Source: Patescibacteria group bacterium (GTDB taxonomy: Bacteria > Patescibacteriota > Patescibacteriia > JBAZBY01). Taken from it: a stretch of DNA of 64,000 nt. Shown here piece after piece: positions 12,091 through 20,861 of the stretch. Under the pieces are notes generated by a model. The model made no database searches and was not told the DNA's origin. It was given only the letters and a program-made list of their open reading frames with translations. Within the stretch, counting starts at the first letter, position 1, and each line of letters opens with the position of its first letter. Location: the NCBI GenBank assembly GCA_041671225.1, contig JBAZBY010000001.1, forward strand, positions 238,940-302,939, read 5' to 3'. The position numbers were made by a program, and so were the translations under genes.

Positions 12091-12297
12091 GTGTATCGAT
12101 AAACCATCGTCTCGCCCCGCAAAGCCCAAAGGGCGACATTTTTTTCTCTCGTCATGCTTCGAGGCTCCTTCGGAGCACCTCAGCATGACAGATACACAAT
12201 GCCCCAATGGCCAATACAAAAATTTCCAAAGGGAATCAGGGGGTACTCGAGCGAGTATCCCCCTGAACAAAGCACCAGGCGTTGAGGCGTGTTATGC

Positions 12298-12612
12298 CTA
12301 CCCCAAGACCAAGCTCGTACTCGCCTGCCAGACGAGCCGGCAGACTGCACTATCCCCGTCCCACTGCTCGGTGGTGATGGCCCCCTGCTGCTCAAAGAAC
12401 TGGCGACGGATGAGCGCCGGGAGATTAACATCGTTCCTCCCGAAGACCACCTGCGGCTGGGCGTCCACCTCCGTCAGGATGGACCCGACGATCACCATAC
12501 CCAGGGGCGCATAGATGAACATCGCGACCACGGGACCGGTTGCGTCAGGCGGCGGCACGAGCTTCATCGCCTCACACAGCTCCTCGAAACTATCGATCAT
12601 CTTCTGTATCAT
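12298..12612 (-). CDS. Hypothetical protein (104 aa)
   Basis: SD GAGAGG, upstream TTGACG promoter, downstream hairpin at about 12237-12267. Confidence 0.6.
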   Translation of the reverse strand: MIQKMIDSFEELCEAMKLVPPPDATGPVVAMFIYAPLGMVIVGSILTEVDAQPQVVFGRNDVNLPALIRRQFFEQQGAITTEQWDGDSAVCRLVWQASTSLVLG

Positions 12613-12786
12613 GGGTTACCTCTCTTGTGAAGGAAGGTGCGGGTGTTGCTTCAGCCTCGGCGTAGAAGTCGGCAGAAACTTATAACAAAACCAGCGCGGC
12701 GTCAATCCTTGCCCGCACATAGTTAAGTTGAGGGGTGCTTCGCGCAGGACAGCACCCCTCGCGGTTTCGTGGGGAGCCAAGATGCG

Positions 12787-12870
12787 CTACCCAGGTGCGA
12801 GACCAGGAAGCCGCGGACGCGGCTTCAGCTTCCCACCCAACCAGATGAGGTATTCAACGAGTTTGCGCAT
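12787..12870 (-). CDS. Putative small protein MRKLVEYLIWLGGKLKPRPRLPGLAPG (27 aa)
   Basis: SD AGGAGG 4 nt before ATG 12870. Downstream hairpin GAGGGGTGCT/AGCACCCCTC at 12730-12760. Confidence 0.45.
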   Translation of the reverse strand: MRKLVEYLIWLGGKLKPRPRLPGLAPG

Positions 12871-13108
12871 AACGCCTCCTCTGTGGATGGACGTCATAAC
12901 CATACAACAAAAAACGCGGTTCGCGAATCCCATTACAAAGAGTACACTTGCTCCCTTGTTGCGGGTGTACGCGGACATACACACACCGCAACAATATATC
13001 GCATTGGGGCTTCCGCATAACTTCTCATCGTGCCGGAAGCCCCTCTTATTCTTCTTCCTATATAAAAATCGCGCCGCGGATCAATATAGACGTCAAAAGA
13101 AAGGGGCG

Positions 13109-13561
13109 TCAGGAAATTTTCCCCAAATACCTCTGCACGCCCTCCAGATTCCCGCCGGTAAAATATTCTTCTAAGGGCAGCCCCTCAAGCTTCACCCATT
13201 GCGCGTCCGTATGCTCATTGCTTATGCGCACATCTTTTGTATTTGTCTTCCCCTCAAACAAAAGATAAAACACATGAATATCCTTACCATCCTTGGTAAC
13301 GCGGCCGGGAATGAGATGCCGTGCATAAGTAACCGGCTTCGGCTGCACAATAATATCACTAATATCGGTTTCTTCCTGCGCTTCCCGCTTCACAATCTCC
13401 AAAAGATCCGCGCCAAACTCATCGGTATTGATGCGCCCGCCGGGAAAATCCCAATAACCTTCATAGCTGCCGCCATCCACAACGCGGAGAATAAGCACCT
13501 TGCCATCAGAACTGCGCAGGATGAGTTTAAGTGAAATCTGATAGTAATCGCGCTGCGCCAT
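13109..13561 (-). CDS. Nudix hydrolase
   Basis: WDFPGGR...KREAQEETD Nudix box and SNEH. TATACT lies 7 nt before the ATG. Confidence 0.85.
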   Translation of the reverse strand: MAQRDYYQISLKLILRSSDGKVLILRVVDGGSYEGYWDFPGGRINTDEFGADLLEIVKREAQEETDISDIIVQPKPVTYARHLIPGRVTKDGKDIHVFYLLFEGKTNTKDVRISNEHTDAQWVKLEGLPLEEYFTGGNLEGVQRYLGKIS

Positions 13562-13646
13562 GGAACACAGTATACCATTAAAAGAAACCGCGCCGCACAC
13601 CTATAGAGAGGGGCGGCGCGTATGGGAACCTTGCGCGTGTGCGTCG

Positions 13647-13898
13647 TCATACGGGGTTGACCCGCGCATCGGGATTGTTCCAGTCCGGATCCCGGCTCCC
13701 TTCATCGTTGACGATGCCGTTCACCAAGCCGTCCACCCAGCTATACGGAAACGTGCGAGACCCGAGCCGGACCATGGCGGACGCAACCGCCGCACCAACA
13801 GGACTTATCCAACGAACATGCGTCCAGAGGCGGCCACAACCGTCAGTGACCGTCTGGCCCTCCTTCATTCCGAGGAAGGCTTCTTTGCTGATGGCCAT
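13647..13898 (-). CDS. Hypothetical protein (83 aa)
   Basis: SD AGGAGGAGG. Second gene of a two-gene unit. Confidence 0.6.
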   Translation of the reverse strand: MAISKEAFLGMKEGQTVTDGCGRLWTHVRWISPVGAAVASAMVRLGSRTFPYSWVDGLVNGIVNDEGSRDPDWNNPDARVNPV

Positions 13899-13911
13899 TA
13901 TGGCCTCCTCC

Positions 13912-14211
13912 TTACCGCCTCGTCACGACGAGGCTCCAGATGAGACAGTATCCGCCTTCGCGGGTACCATACCGGACCACGAACTTCTGGCTCATGCCGA
14001 GAAGCATGCGGATGCAGGGGCCGAGGAATACGACGTCAAATGCCGGCGGCGACTCGATGATGACAGCAACGTTGTCGTTCGGGTTGATGCGCTCGCCGAG
14101 GATCGTTCGTCCATCGGTCAGCGCGAGAGAAACGGAATGCATGCTGGCTGGATCCTCCAGACCGGCGGCAATCGCCATGTCGAGCTCTGCAAGCGTCAAA
14201 AGAACGGTCAT
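13912..14211 (-). CDS. Hypothetical protein (99 aa)
   Basis: SD AAGGAGG before ATG 14211, with an upstream TTGACG-17-TAAGGT promoter. Confidence 0.6.
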   Translation of the reverse strand: MTVLLTLAELDMAIAAGLEDPASMHSVSLALTDGRTILGERINPNDNVAVIIESPPAFDVVFLGPCIRMLLGMSQKFVVRYGTREGGYCLIWSLVVTRR

Positions 14212-14305
14212 GTACCCTCCCTTTCTGCCCTTGCAACACGCACAGGCAGCAACTGACCTTAGCGTGTTGCTGCTCATCCGTCAATATCTGCTATACTTCA
14301 CGTCT

Positions 14306-14506
14306 ATGAAACATTTTCTCCTTCAGCTCATAAAGCTCATTCTCGGCGCATTCCTCGTTGCAAGCCCCTGGCTTTTCAACGCATCGGACAATGCCGGTAT
14401 CACCATCGCCAATATCGTGGTTGGCCTGCTCCTGATGTTCATGGCCTTTGCCAACTTCTGGAAACTCATGCGCAAAAAGCCGCTCGTGGGTGCGCGGGAA
14501 GAATAA
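14306..14506 (+). CDS. Small SPW-repeat membrane protein
   Basis: LGAFLVASPWLF...NIVVGLL two-TM pattern. TGcTATACT lies 8 nt before the ATG. Confidence 0.75.
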   Translation: MKHFLLQLIKLILGAFLVASPWLFNASDNAGITIANIVVGLLLMFMAFANFWKLMRKKPLVGAREE

Positions 14507-14911
14507 AGCCAAGAGACAGAACGCTCGTGTGTGGTAAATGAAGCATCACCTCACATGCCATTTTTAGGCTAACAAAAAACACTATTCTTTGTGAAAAGCA
14601 AAGTGGAGGCATTTTTCCACTTTTTTTTGTGCGAATATTAGCAAAATAATGATAAATTTACATTGACGAAAATTATCATACTATGTATGATGATTTTGAT
14701 TTCATGAGGAAGTGGGTGGTTCAACAACCTTTCACTTTTTCTAATACCTTATCGGTATTGTTCATTACCAAATGCTTCTTAAGCAAACTCTGTGTAGAAG
14801 TGCAATACGAATGGAGGGCGTATTGCTGCTTACATGCAGAACGGCTTAAGAAGCACCAGGCGCATGGCGCGCCAATCAACCAAACGAACACTCCAAGGGG
14901 AAGGGTTTACC

Positions 14912-15985
14912 ATGCCGAGAAAGCACCTCGAAAGCATGCGGGGTCGTCATGTTGTTGTTCTCGGAGATGTCATCCTCGATGTCTTCACCACAGTGCGGAA
15001 GGAGCGTCCTAGCTCCGAACACCGCAAGGCCGACGGGGGGGAGGGATGGTGTCTCCAGCAGATCGGAGATTCGTCACGGATTCCTGGTGGCGCAGGCAAT
15101 ACCGCCCGCAACATCGCTTGCCTCGAAGGCAAGGTGACGCTCATCTCGGTGGTGGGCGTCGGTGATTCCGCTGAAACGCTCCAGAACATTCTGGAGTCCC
15201 ATGGCATCACCGTGGGCCTTCTGAACGATCGGGAGCGTCGGACGTCGGCCAAGTTCCGCACGATCTTCGAGAACGGAGAATACGCCGCCGACGTGCTGAA
15301 TCGGGATACTGTGGACACTCACGGAAATCCGGTTCCCATCACGGAAGCGACGGAACTCCGGGTCATTGAGCGCCTCGCCGAAACTCCGGGCAACACCGTG
15401 GTCATCACTGACAACGGGAGGGGATTCATCACCCCGGGATTGATCCGACAGGTCGTCCAGTTCTGCCAACACGAACGCCGGAAGCTCATCTACGACATCC
15501 GGCCGCGCGGGGAGAACTTCGACTTCTCGGGACTCACCGACGCCCACCTCATCACTCCCAACCGCAAGGAAGCGGCAGCACTCCTCGGTCTCCCCCCAAT
15601 CAAGAACGGGACGGACTCTGTGGAGGCCTGCCGCCAACTGGCGCTCAGGTTCAACGCCAACGTCCTGCTCACGCAAGACGGCGACGGGATGATGCTCTAC
15701 ATCCGCGACAGTGGAGAGTACTTCCACTATCCTGCCATCGGGCAAAAGGTGGTGTGCGTCTCCGGAGCAGGAGACACCGTCACTGCGGTCGTCGCCCTCG
15801 CGACGGAAGCAGGGGCAACGCTCCCTGAAGCGGCCGAGTGGGCTTCCCACGGCGCCGCAATCGCCATCGCGAAGCACGGCACCGCAGTCGTCCAGTTCAA
15901 CGAACTCGCCGCCGCAGTACTGGAAGGCGCGGATCAAATCGCGCCGGCCAGCCACGGTGGACACGCCGAAGCCATGCCGCACTGA
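14912..15985 (+). CDS. PfkB-family kinase, HldE/RfaE kinase-domain-like
   Basis: VLGDVILD, PGGAGNTARNI, ITPNRKEA, VSGAGDTVTA, KHGTAVV. Promoter TTGACG-17-TATGAT at 14663-14691. Confidence 0.85.
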   Translation: MPRKHLESMRGRHVVVLGDVILDVFTTVRKERPSSEHRKADGGEGWCLQQIGDSSRIPGGAGNTARNIACLEGKVTLISVVGVGDSAETLQNILESHGITVGLLNDRERRTSAKFRTIFENGEYAADVLNRDTVDTHGNPVPITEATELRVIERLAETPGNTVVITDNGRGFITPGLIRQVVQFCQHERRKLIYDIRPRGENFDFSGLTDAHLITPNRKEAAALLGLPPIKNGTDSVEACRQLALRFNANVLLTQDGDGMMLYIRDSGEYFHYPAIGQKVVCVSGAGDTVTAVVALATEAGATLPEAAEWASHGAAIAIAKHGTAVVQFNELAAAVLEGADQIAPASHGGHAEAMPH

Positions 15986-16017
15986 TGCATACTGCATCGG
16001 TGCACAGAACCATCTAC

Positions 16018-16050
16018 CGCCGGGGTCCCCCTTTATGAGGGATCCCGGCG
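16018..16050 (+). terminator. Terminator-like hairpin
   Basis: CGCCGGGGTCCC...GGGATCCCGGCG inverted repeat. Confidence 0.6.
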
Positions 16051-16177
16051 CAATTTCTATTAAACCAATTATCGTAAAAACGTCAGTGGCATTGACGCAA
16101 AACATGCATGTTGCTAAAGTGCAATGCTCATTTTGAGCATCCATCGAACCTTTCACCCCCACCGTAGCGAGGTATCC

Positions 16178-16936
16178 ATGTCGCACAAAACTCCGAGTTC
16201 CCTTCTCAGTGCTGAAGTGCTTCGTGGGCTCCACTCGCTGTGGTCCCACGCACTCATGGCGCTCCTGCGTCGCGACACTATCGCGACGTCTACCATGAAC
16301 GACACAGAACTCGCGCAGGAACTCCAGCGGGTTTCACGGCTCGCACTCGGCAGTGCCATCGCAGCTCCATACGGCTTCGTTATTCTCTCAGCCCCCTCCG
16401 GCGGAGGTAAGGGAACCATCGGCAAGGAACTGCAAACCCATGGCTTCTCTCGACTTCCAAGAGTAACGACGCGTGCACCGCGTCCGGGAGAGGTCGACGG
16501 AATCGACTACATCTTCCTATCGCGGAAGCGCTTCACGGCCCTTGCGGATGCGGGAGCATTCCTGCAAACCGCAGAAACGCATGAGGAACTCCGAGGAACG
16601 CTCCGGGAAGAATTCCGCCGTCTCGTTCGCTCTGAAAAACCCTTCTACGTTGAGGGGAGTCTGGGCGGGTACGAACAATTCCTCAGTCATGAGGAAGTCC
16701 GTGCGGCGCATCCACTGTCCGTGTTCCTGCTGCCTCCCTCATTCGATGTACTCGCACAACGTCTCGGTGCGCGCTCGGATGACGACATGACCCCGCGTGA
16801 ATTCGAAGGCCGCCTCAACAAGGCCATCGAGCACCTCAGACGCGCCAACGACCTCCCCTATGACGTCTTCTACGTCAATGACATCATCCCTGATGTCACC
16901 GGGAGAATCCTGGCAGACTTCAACCCGCGGCGCTAA
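16178..16936 (+). CDS. Guanylate-kinase-fold kinase, copy 1 (atypical substrate site)
   Basis: SAPSGGGKGT P-loop, TTRAPRPGEVDGIDY, FLLPPS. SD GAGG. Promoter TTGACG-17-TAAAGT. Confidence 0.85.
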   Translation: MSHKTPSSLLSAEVLRGLHSLWSHALMALLRRDTIATSTMNDTELAQELQRVSRLALGSAIAAPYGFVILSAPSGGGKGTIGKELQTHGFSRLPRVTTRAPRPGEVDGIDYIFLSRKRFTALADAGAFLQTAETHEELRGTLREEFRRLVRSEKPFYVEGSLGGYEQFLSHEEVRAAHPLSVFLLPPSFDVLAQRLGARSDDDMTPREFEGRLNKAIEHLRRANDLPYDVFYVNDIIPDVTGRILADFNPRR

Positions 16937-17015
16937 GACGGGCGTCGACGCATCGCACTACGCGCACCCCTCAGCTTCTGGGGGGTGCGTTTCACATACC
17001 TTAACTTTTCCCATA

Positions 17016-17819
17016 CTACCTTTGTATTGCCCGCACGCCAAGTATGCGCAACTCCTTAAGTGCGGCCGCATGAAGCTTTGGATTTGCCGCAACAATACGA
17101 TGCACATCCTGAGAAAACGCGGGAATCTCCTTGCCGCGGTGATCTGTTAACCGCCCACCAGCTTCCGTGATAACACGAGAGGCAGCGGCAATATCCAAAA
17201 AGGACGTGTCGCACGTCTCAATATCAAAATTACCACTCGCAACGCGCGTGAGATTCCATACAGTACCGCTGATGTAACGAATTTTTGATGAGGCTTTTGC
17301 AAAATGGGAAAAAATGCGTATTCCTTGACGCTCAAACTGCGGAGTGCGGGACCACCACTCACAACAAACAAAGGCCTTCTCAATGGTCTTTTTTGAACCA
17401 ACGTGAATCTTCTTGCCGTTGCGCGTCGCTCCTTTATGAAACTCACCAACATACACTTCATTCGTGATGGGGTTTGAAATAACGCCAAGAATGACGCGCT
17501 TGCGATGCACAAGCGCAATGGAAACGCTCACGCATGGGATTTCGCGCGAGAAGTTTGTTGTCCCGTCAATCGGATCAATGACCCATGTATATTCACTCGT
17601 ACCCTGATGTATTCCAGCCTCCTCGGAATGCACATTGTATGAGGGAAAATGTTTGCGGAGAATCTGCAGAATTCTTTTTTCTGATGCGAGATCGGTATCA
17701 GTCACCACATCCTTCGGATTACCATTCTTTGCCATCACTCGCTGAACCATTCCAAACTTGCTCCGGACGATTCTACTTGCGGCCTCCGCCGCCTGAAGTG
17801 CAATTGGAATTTCGCGCAT
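17016..17819 (-). CDS. Inositol monophosphatase family protein
   Basis: DVVTDTD, SEE, WVIDPIDGTTNF and DIAAA motifs. Confidence 0.92.
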   Translation of the reverse strand: MREIPIALQAAEAASRIVRSKFGMVQRVMAKNGNPKDVVTDTDLASEKRILQILRKHFPSYNVHSEEAGIHQGTSEYTWVIDPIDGTTNFSREIPCVSVSIALVHRKRVILGVISNPITNEVYVGEFHKGATRNGKKIHVGSKKTIEKAFVCCEWWSRTPQFERQGIRIFSHFAKASSKIRYISGTVWNLTRVASGNFDIETCDTSFLDIAAASRVITEAGGRLTDHRGKEIPAFSQDVHRIVAANPKLHAAALKELRILGVRAIQR

Positions 17820-17830
17820 AATGTTAGGGG

Positions 17831-18598
17831 TTAGTCTTTCTCAAAATCACTTATAATCGCACTCGCAGCGCGCGCTGCGGTATCGTTCACGTAATACGTA
17901 TGATAAGGATAGTGCTGGGTCTTCTGTAAATGTGCAATGGCCATTGTGAGTCGTTCAATCATCTCCTCTTCTGTGATTGAGTCTGCGCGCCCTCGTAATC
18001 GCTCCTCAAGTACAATAAACGAAGGCGGCAAAAGGAAAACAGAAAGGTAGCGGGATGCTTTTACATCAGGATGTGCTAAAAATTCAAGATATGCTCCCGC
18101 GCTTCCCTCAATGTAAAACCTCTTCCCTTCCTGAATATATTTCTGAAAAAGCTCCCGTGAAGCCCCGCGAAATTCCCCATGTGTCGTTGCTGTCTGCAGG
18201 AACTTTCCATCCTCCTTCATTTTAAGAAACGTTTCCCGGTCTACAAAAATATAATCAACTCCGTCCACTTCTCCCGGGCGTGGTTCGCGAGTCGTCACCC
18301 TTGGCATGCGTATAAAATGTTGCTCACCAAGTAGCGCGCCAATGGTTCCCTTCCCGCCACCCGAGGGAGCAGACACGATAACAAACTGTCGCTGCCCTTG
18401 TTCTGGGGTCAATGCCTTCCGCGTAATCTGCTCCAAAATTTCCGGAGCTTCCTGAAGAAGCTTTTCATGTGGGGCATCGGGTATATGCACTCCAAGCTCC
18501 TTTGCCTTGCGCTTGAGAATTTCAACAAGTGTCTCATCCCACTGTTCGTGTAATGCGATGATCTCATCCTTGTGTTGCTCCCCGGAATGTGTGCTCAT
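17831..18598 (-). CDS. Guanylate-kinase-fold kinase, copy 2 (atypical substrate site)
   Basis: SAPSGGGKGT, TTREPRPGEVDGVDY, FLLPPS. Confidence 0.85.
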   Translation of the reverse strand: MSTHSGEQHKDEIIALHEQWDETLVEILKRKAKELGVHIPDAPHEKLLQEAPEILEQITRKALTPEQGQRQFVIVSAPSGGGKGTIGALLGEQHFIRMPRVTTREPRPGEVDGVDYIFVDRETFLKMKEDGKFLQTATTHGEFRGASRELFQKYIQEGKRFYIEGSAGAYLEFLAHPDVKASRYLSVFLLPPSFIVLEERLRGRADSITEEEMIERLTMAIAHLQKTQHYPYHTYYVNDTAARAASAIISDFEKD

Positions 18599-18689
18599 AA
18601 TGATGTGTAGCAGAAAGCAGTGTATCATCTGCGCAGATGCCAAAGCAACATTGCAGAACAGGCACTTTCACGATACAGTGAGGTTGCAT

Positions 18690-19526
18690 ATGCCTGATTC
18701 CCGCCGACAACGCATCACCATCACCATTCGAGAGGATCTCCTCCCGCTCGTTGACGGGCTCGTTGACGGGCGCAAGATCCGCAACCGTTCACATGCCATT
18801 GAATCCGTTTTGGATAAAGAACTCAGTTCACGGGTAAAATCTGCGTTGGTTCTGGCTGGCGGAGAGGGCGTAAAAATGCGCCCCTTTACGTACGAAATGC
18901 CAAAAACCATGATTCCGCTCAATGGCAAGCCCATACTCGAATATGTTGTTTTACAACTGCAAGAAAACGGTTTCAAAAATATATCAATTGTGATCGGTAA
19001 GCTTGGTGAACAGATTGAAAAACATTTTGGAAATGGCGAAAAATTCGGTGTGCAGATCAACTATATAAAAGAAAAGGAGCCCAAAGGAACAGGCGCCGCA
19101 ATTCGCCTTGCAAAGGGTCAGTTTGAGGGAACCTTTCTTGTGATGTATGGCGATGTGCTCATTAATATGAACCTCCGCGAGTTTGTGAACTTTCATCTCA
19201 AACACAGCGCTGTCGCTTCTGCTGCCGTCACCACGACGGATGATCCCACGGAATATGGCGCGCTACGCCTTCATGGTTCATACATAGTGGAATACAAAGA
19301 AAAACCAAAAAAAGGAAAAGGGCTTTCGCATATGGTGAGTGCAGGTGTCTACGTTATGGAGCCTGCTATTTTTGCTGAAATGGATGCACATACGAGAAGC
19401 CTGGAACGTGATATCTTCCCAAAACTCGTGCAAGAAAAAACACTTCTCGGGTATCCTTTTGACGGCGCGTGGTTCGATATTAGCACCCCAGAAAATTACG
19501 AACGGGCGCGAGAAGAGTGGAAATAA
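18690..19526 (+). CDS. Ribbon-helix-helix domain fused to a sugar-phosphate nucleotidyltransferase
   Basis: N-terminus RITITIREDLL...NRSHAIE is RHH-like. It is followed by LAGGEG...PK, GTG, YGD and EKP motifs. Confidence 0.85.
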   Translation: MPDSRRQRITITIREDLLPLVDGLVDGRKIRNRSHAIESVLDKELSSRVKSALVLAGGEGVKMRPFTYEMPKTMIPLNGKPILEYVVLQLQENGFKNISIVIGKLGEQIEKHFGNGEKFGVQINYIKEKEPKGTGAAIRLAKGQFEGTFLVMYGDVLINMNLREFVNFHLKHSAVASAAVTTTDDPTEYGALRLHGSYIVEYKEKPKKGKGLSHMVSAGVYVMEPAIFAEMDAHTRSLERDIFPKLVQEKTLLGYPFDGAWFDISTPENYERAREEWK

Positions 19527-19669
19527 TGAAATACGGCTATGGCCGGTCACGCCTGACGCTTTACCCCTTTGCCAAGTGCACGGGGATTTGCTTCAATGAG
19601 TGAATCATGAAAAGAAAAGAAGGCGCTCATGAATAACCCAAAGAGCGTTTTGCATTATACATACCATCA

Positions 19670-20857
19670 ATGAATAGCACACTTCAGAAAATTGTCAGTG
19701 AGACGCTCCACGAGATCGATGCAAAGGGACTCATGAAACGGGAGAAGGAATTCACGTCACCCCAAGGTGCAGAAATTATTATCGATGGTAAAACGGTCAT
19801 CAGTTTTTGTGCAAACAATTATCTTGGCCTCGCCAACGACCCTGTTGTAAAGAACGCTATCCGCGAATCATTGGATACCGTTGGATTCGGACTCTCCTCT
19901 GTGCGATTCATCGTGGGCACACAAGAACAGCATCGCGCGTTAGAAAAGGAACTTGCCGCGTTTGTAGGGCAGCCGGAAGTAATCCTTTATTCTTCATGCT
20001 TTGATGCGAACGGCGGTCTGTTTGAAACACTTCTCGGCCCTGATGACGCCATCATCTCCGATGCCCTGAATCATGCCAGCATCATCGACGGCACGCGGCT
20101 TTGCAAGGCAGAACGCCTCATCTACGCACACAGCGATATGGCGAATCTGGAAGAAAAACTCAAAAGTGCACAGGGCAAGCGTGTGCGCATGATCGCAACG
20201 GACGGCGTCTTCAGTATGGACGGCGAAATCGCAAAGCTCAAAGAAATTTGTGATCTCGCTGAACGTTATGATGCTGCGGTCATGGTGGATGACTCCCATG
20301 GAACCGGCCTCATCGGAGCAAGCGGCAAAGGCTCATTGGAAGTGACTGACACCATACACCGGATCGATATCCTCACTTCCACCCTTGGCAAAGCGCTTGG
20401 CGGCGCATCCGGCGGCTTCACCGCTGCGAGCCCTGATGTGGTGCACCTGCTCCGACAACGTTCCCGGCCGTATCTCTTTTCCAACTCCGTGGCGCCGCTT
20501 GTGGTTGCGGCAACACGCGCCGTACTCACAAACACCGTGCTGCTCCAAGAACGCCGGGAAATGCTCAAAAAGAATACGGAGATCTTCCGCGCAAGGATGA
20601 CAGCACTCGGCTTCACTATTCCTCAAGGCGTGCACCCCATTGTCCCGGTGATGCTTGGTGATGCGCACATTGCACGCGCAATGGCAGAAGGGCTTCTTGA
20701 GCATGGAATCTTTGCCGTTGGCTTCTGGTATCCCGTGGTGCCGGAGGGCAAAGCGCGCATCCGCGTGCAGCTCTCGGCGCTCCATACGCCGAAACACATT
20801 GCACGCGCAGTAGCGGCATTTGAATCCGTCGGAAAACAATTACACATCATCTCATAA
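19670..20857 (+). CDS. kbl: Glycine C-acetyltransferase (2-amino-3-ketobutyrate CoA ligase)
   Basis: FCANNYLGL, SSVRFIVGTQ, SCFDANGGLFETL, TLGKALGG, RQRSRPYLFSN. Confidence 0.93.
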   Translation: MNSTLQKIVSETLHEIDAKGLMKREKEFTSPQGAEIIIDGKTVISFCANNYLGLANDPVVKNAIRESLDTVGFGLSSVRFIVGTQEQHRALEKELAAFVGQPEVILYSSCFDANGGLFETLLGPDDAIISDALNHASIIDGTRLCKAERLIYAHSDMANLEEKLKSAQGKRVRMIATDGVFSMDGEIAKLKEICDLAERYDAAVMVDDSHGTGLIGASGKGSLEVTDTIHRIDILTSTLGKALGGASGGFTAASPDVVHLLRQRSRPYLFSNSVAPLVVAATRAVLTNTVLLQERREMLKKNTEIFRARMTALGFTIPQGVHPIVPVMLGDAHIARAMAEGLLEHGIFAVGFWYPVVPEGKARIRVQLSALHTPKHIARAVAAFESVGKQLHIIS

Positions 20858-20861
20858 ATCT

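Noticed and set aside
14683-15012. 109-aa ORF upstream of and overlapping the HldE-like kinase
   Set aside because: It starts within the promoter, overlaps the real gene out of frame and has no recognisable features.
15074-16249. Long antisense ORFs such as 15074-16249, 6420-7298 and 3996-4742
   Set aside because: Shadows of GC3-rich genes on the opposite strand, with no motifs or start signals.
19530-19670. Possible glmS ribozyme upstream of kbl-glmS
   Set aside because: I could not find the conserved AGCGCC...GACGAGG core, and glmS starts only 4 nt after kbl.
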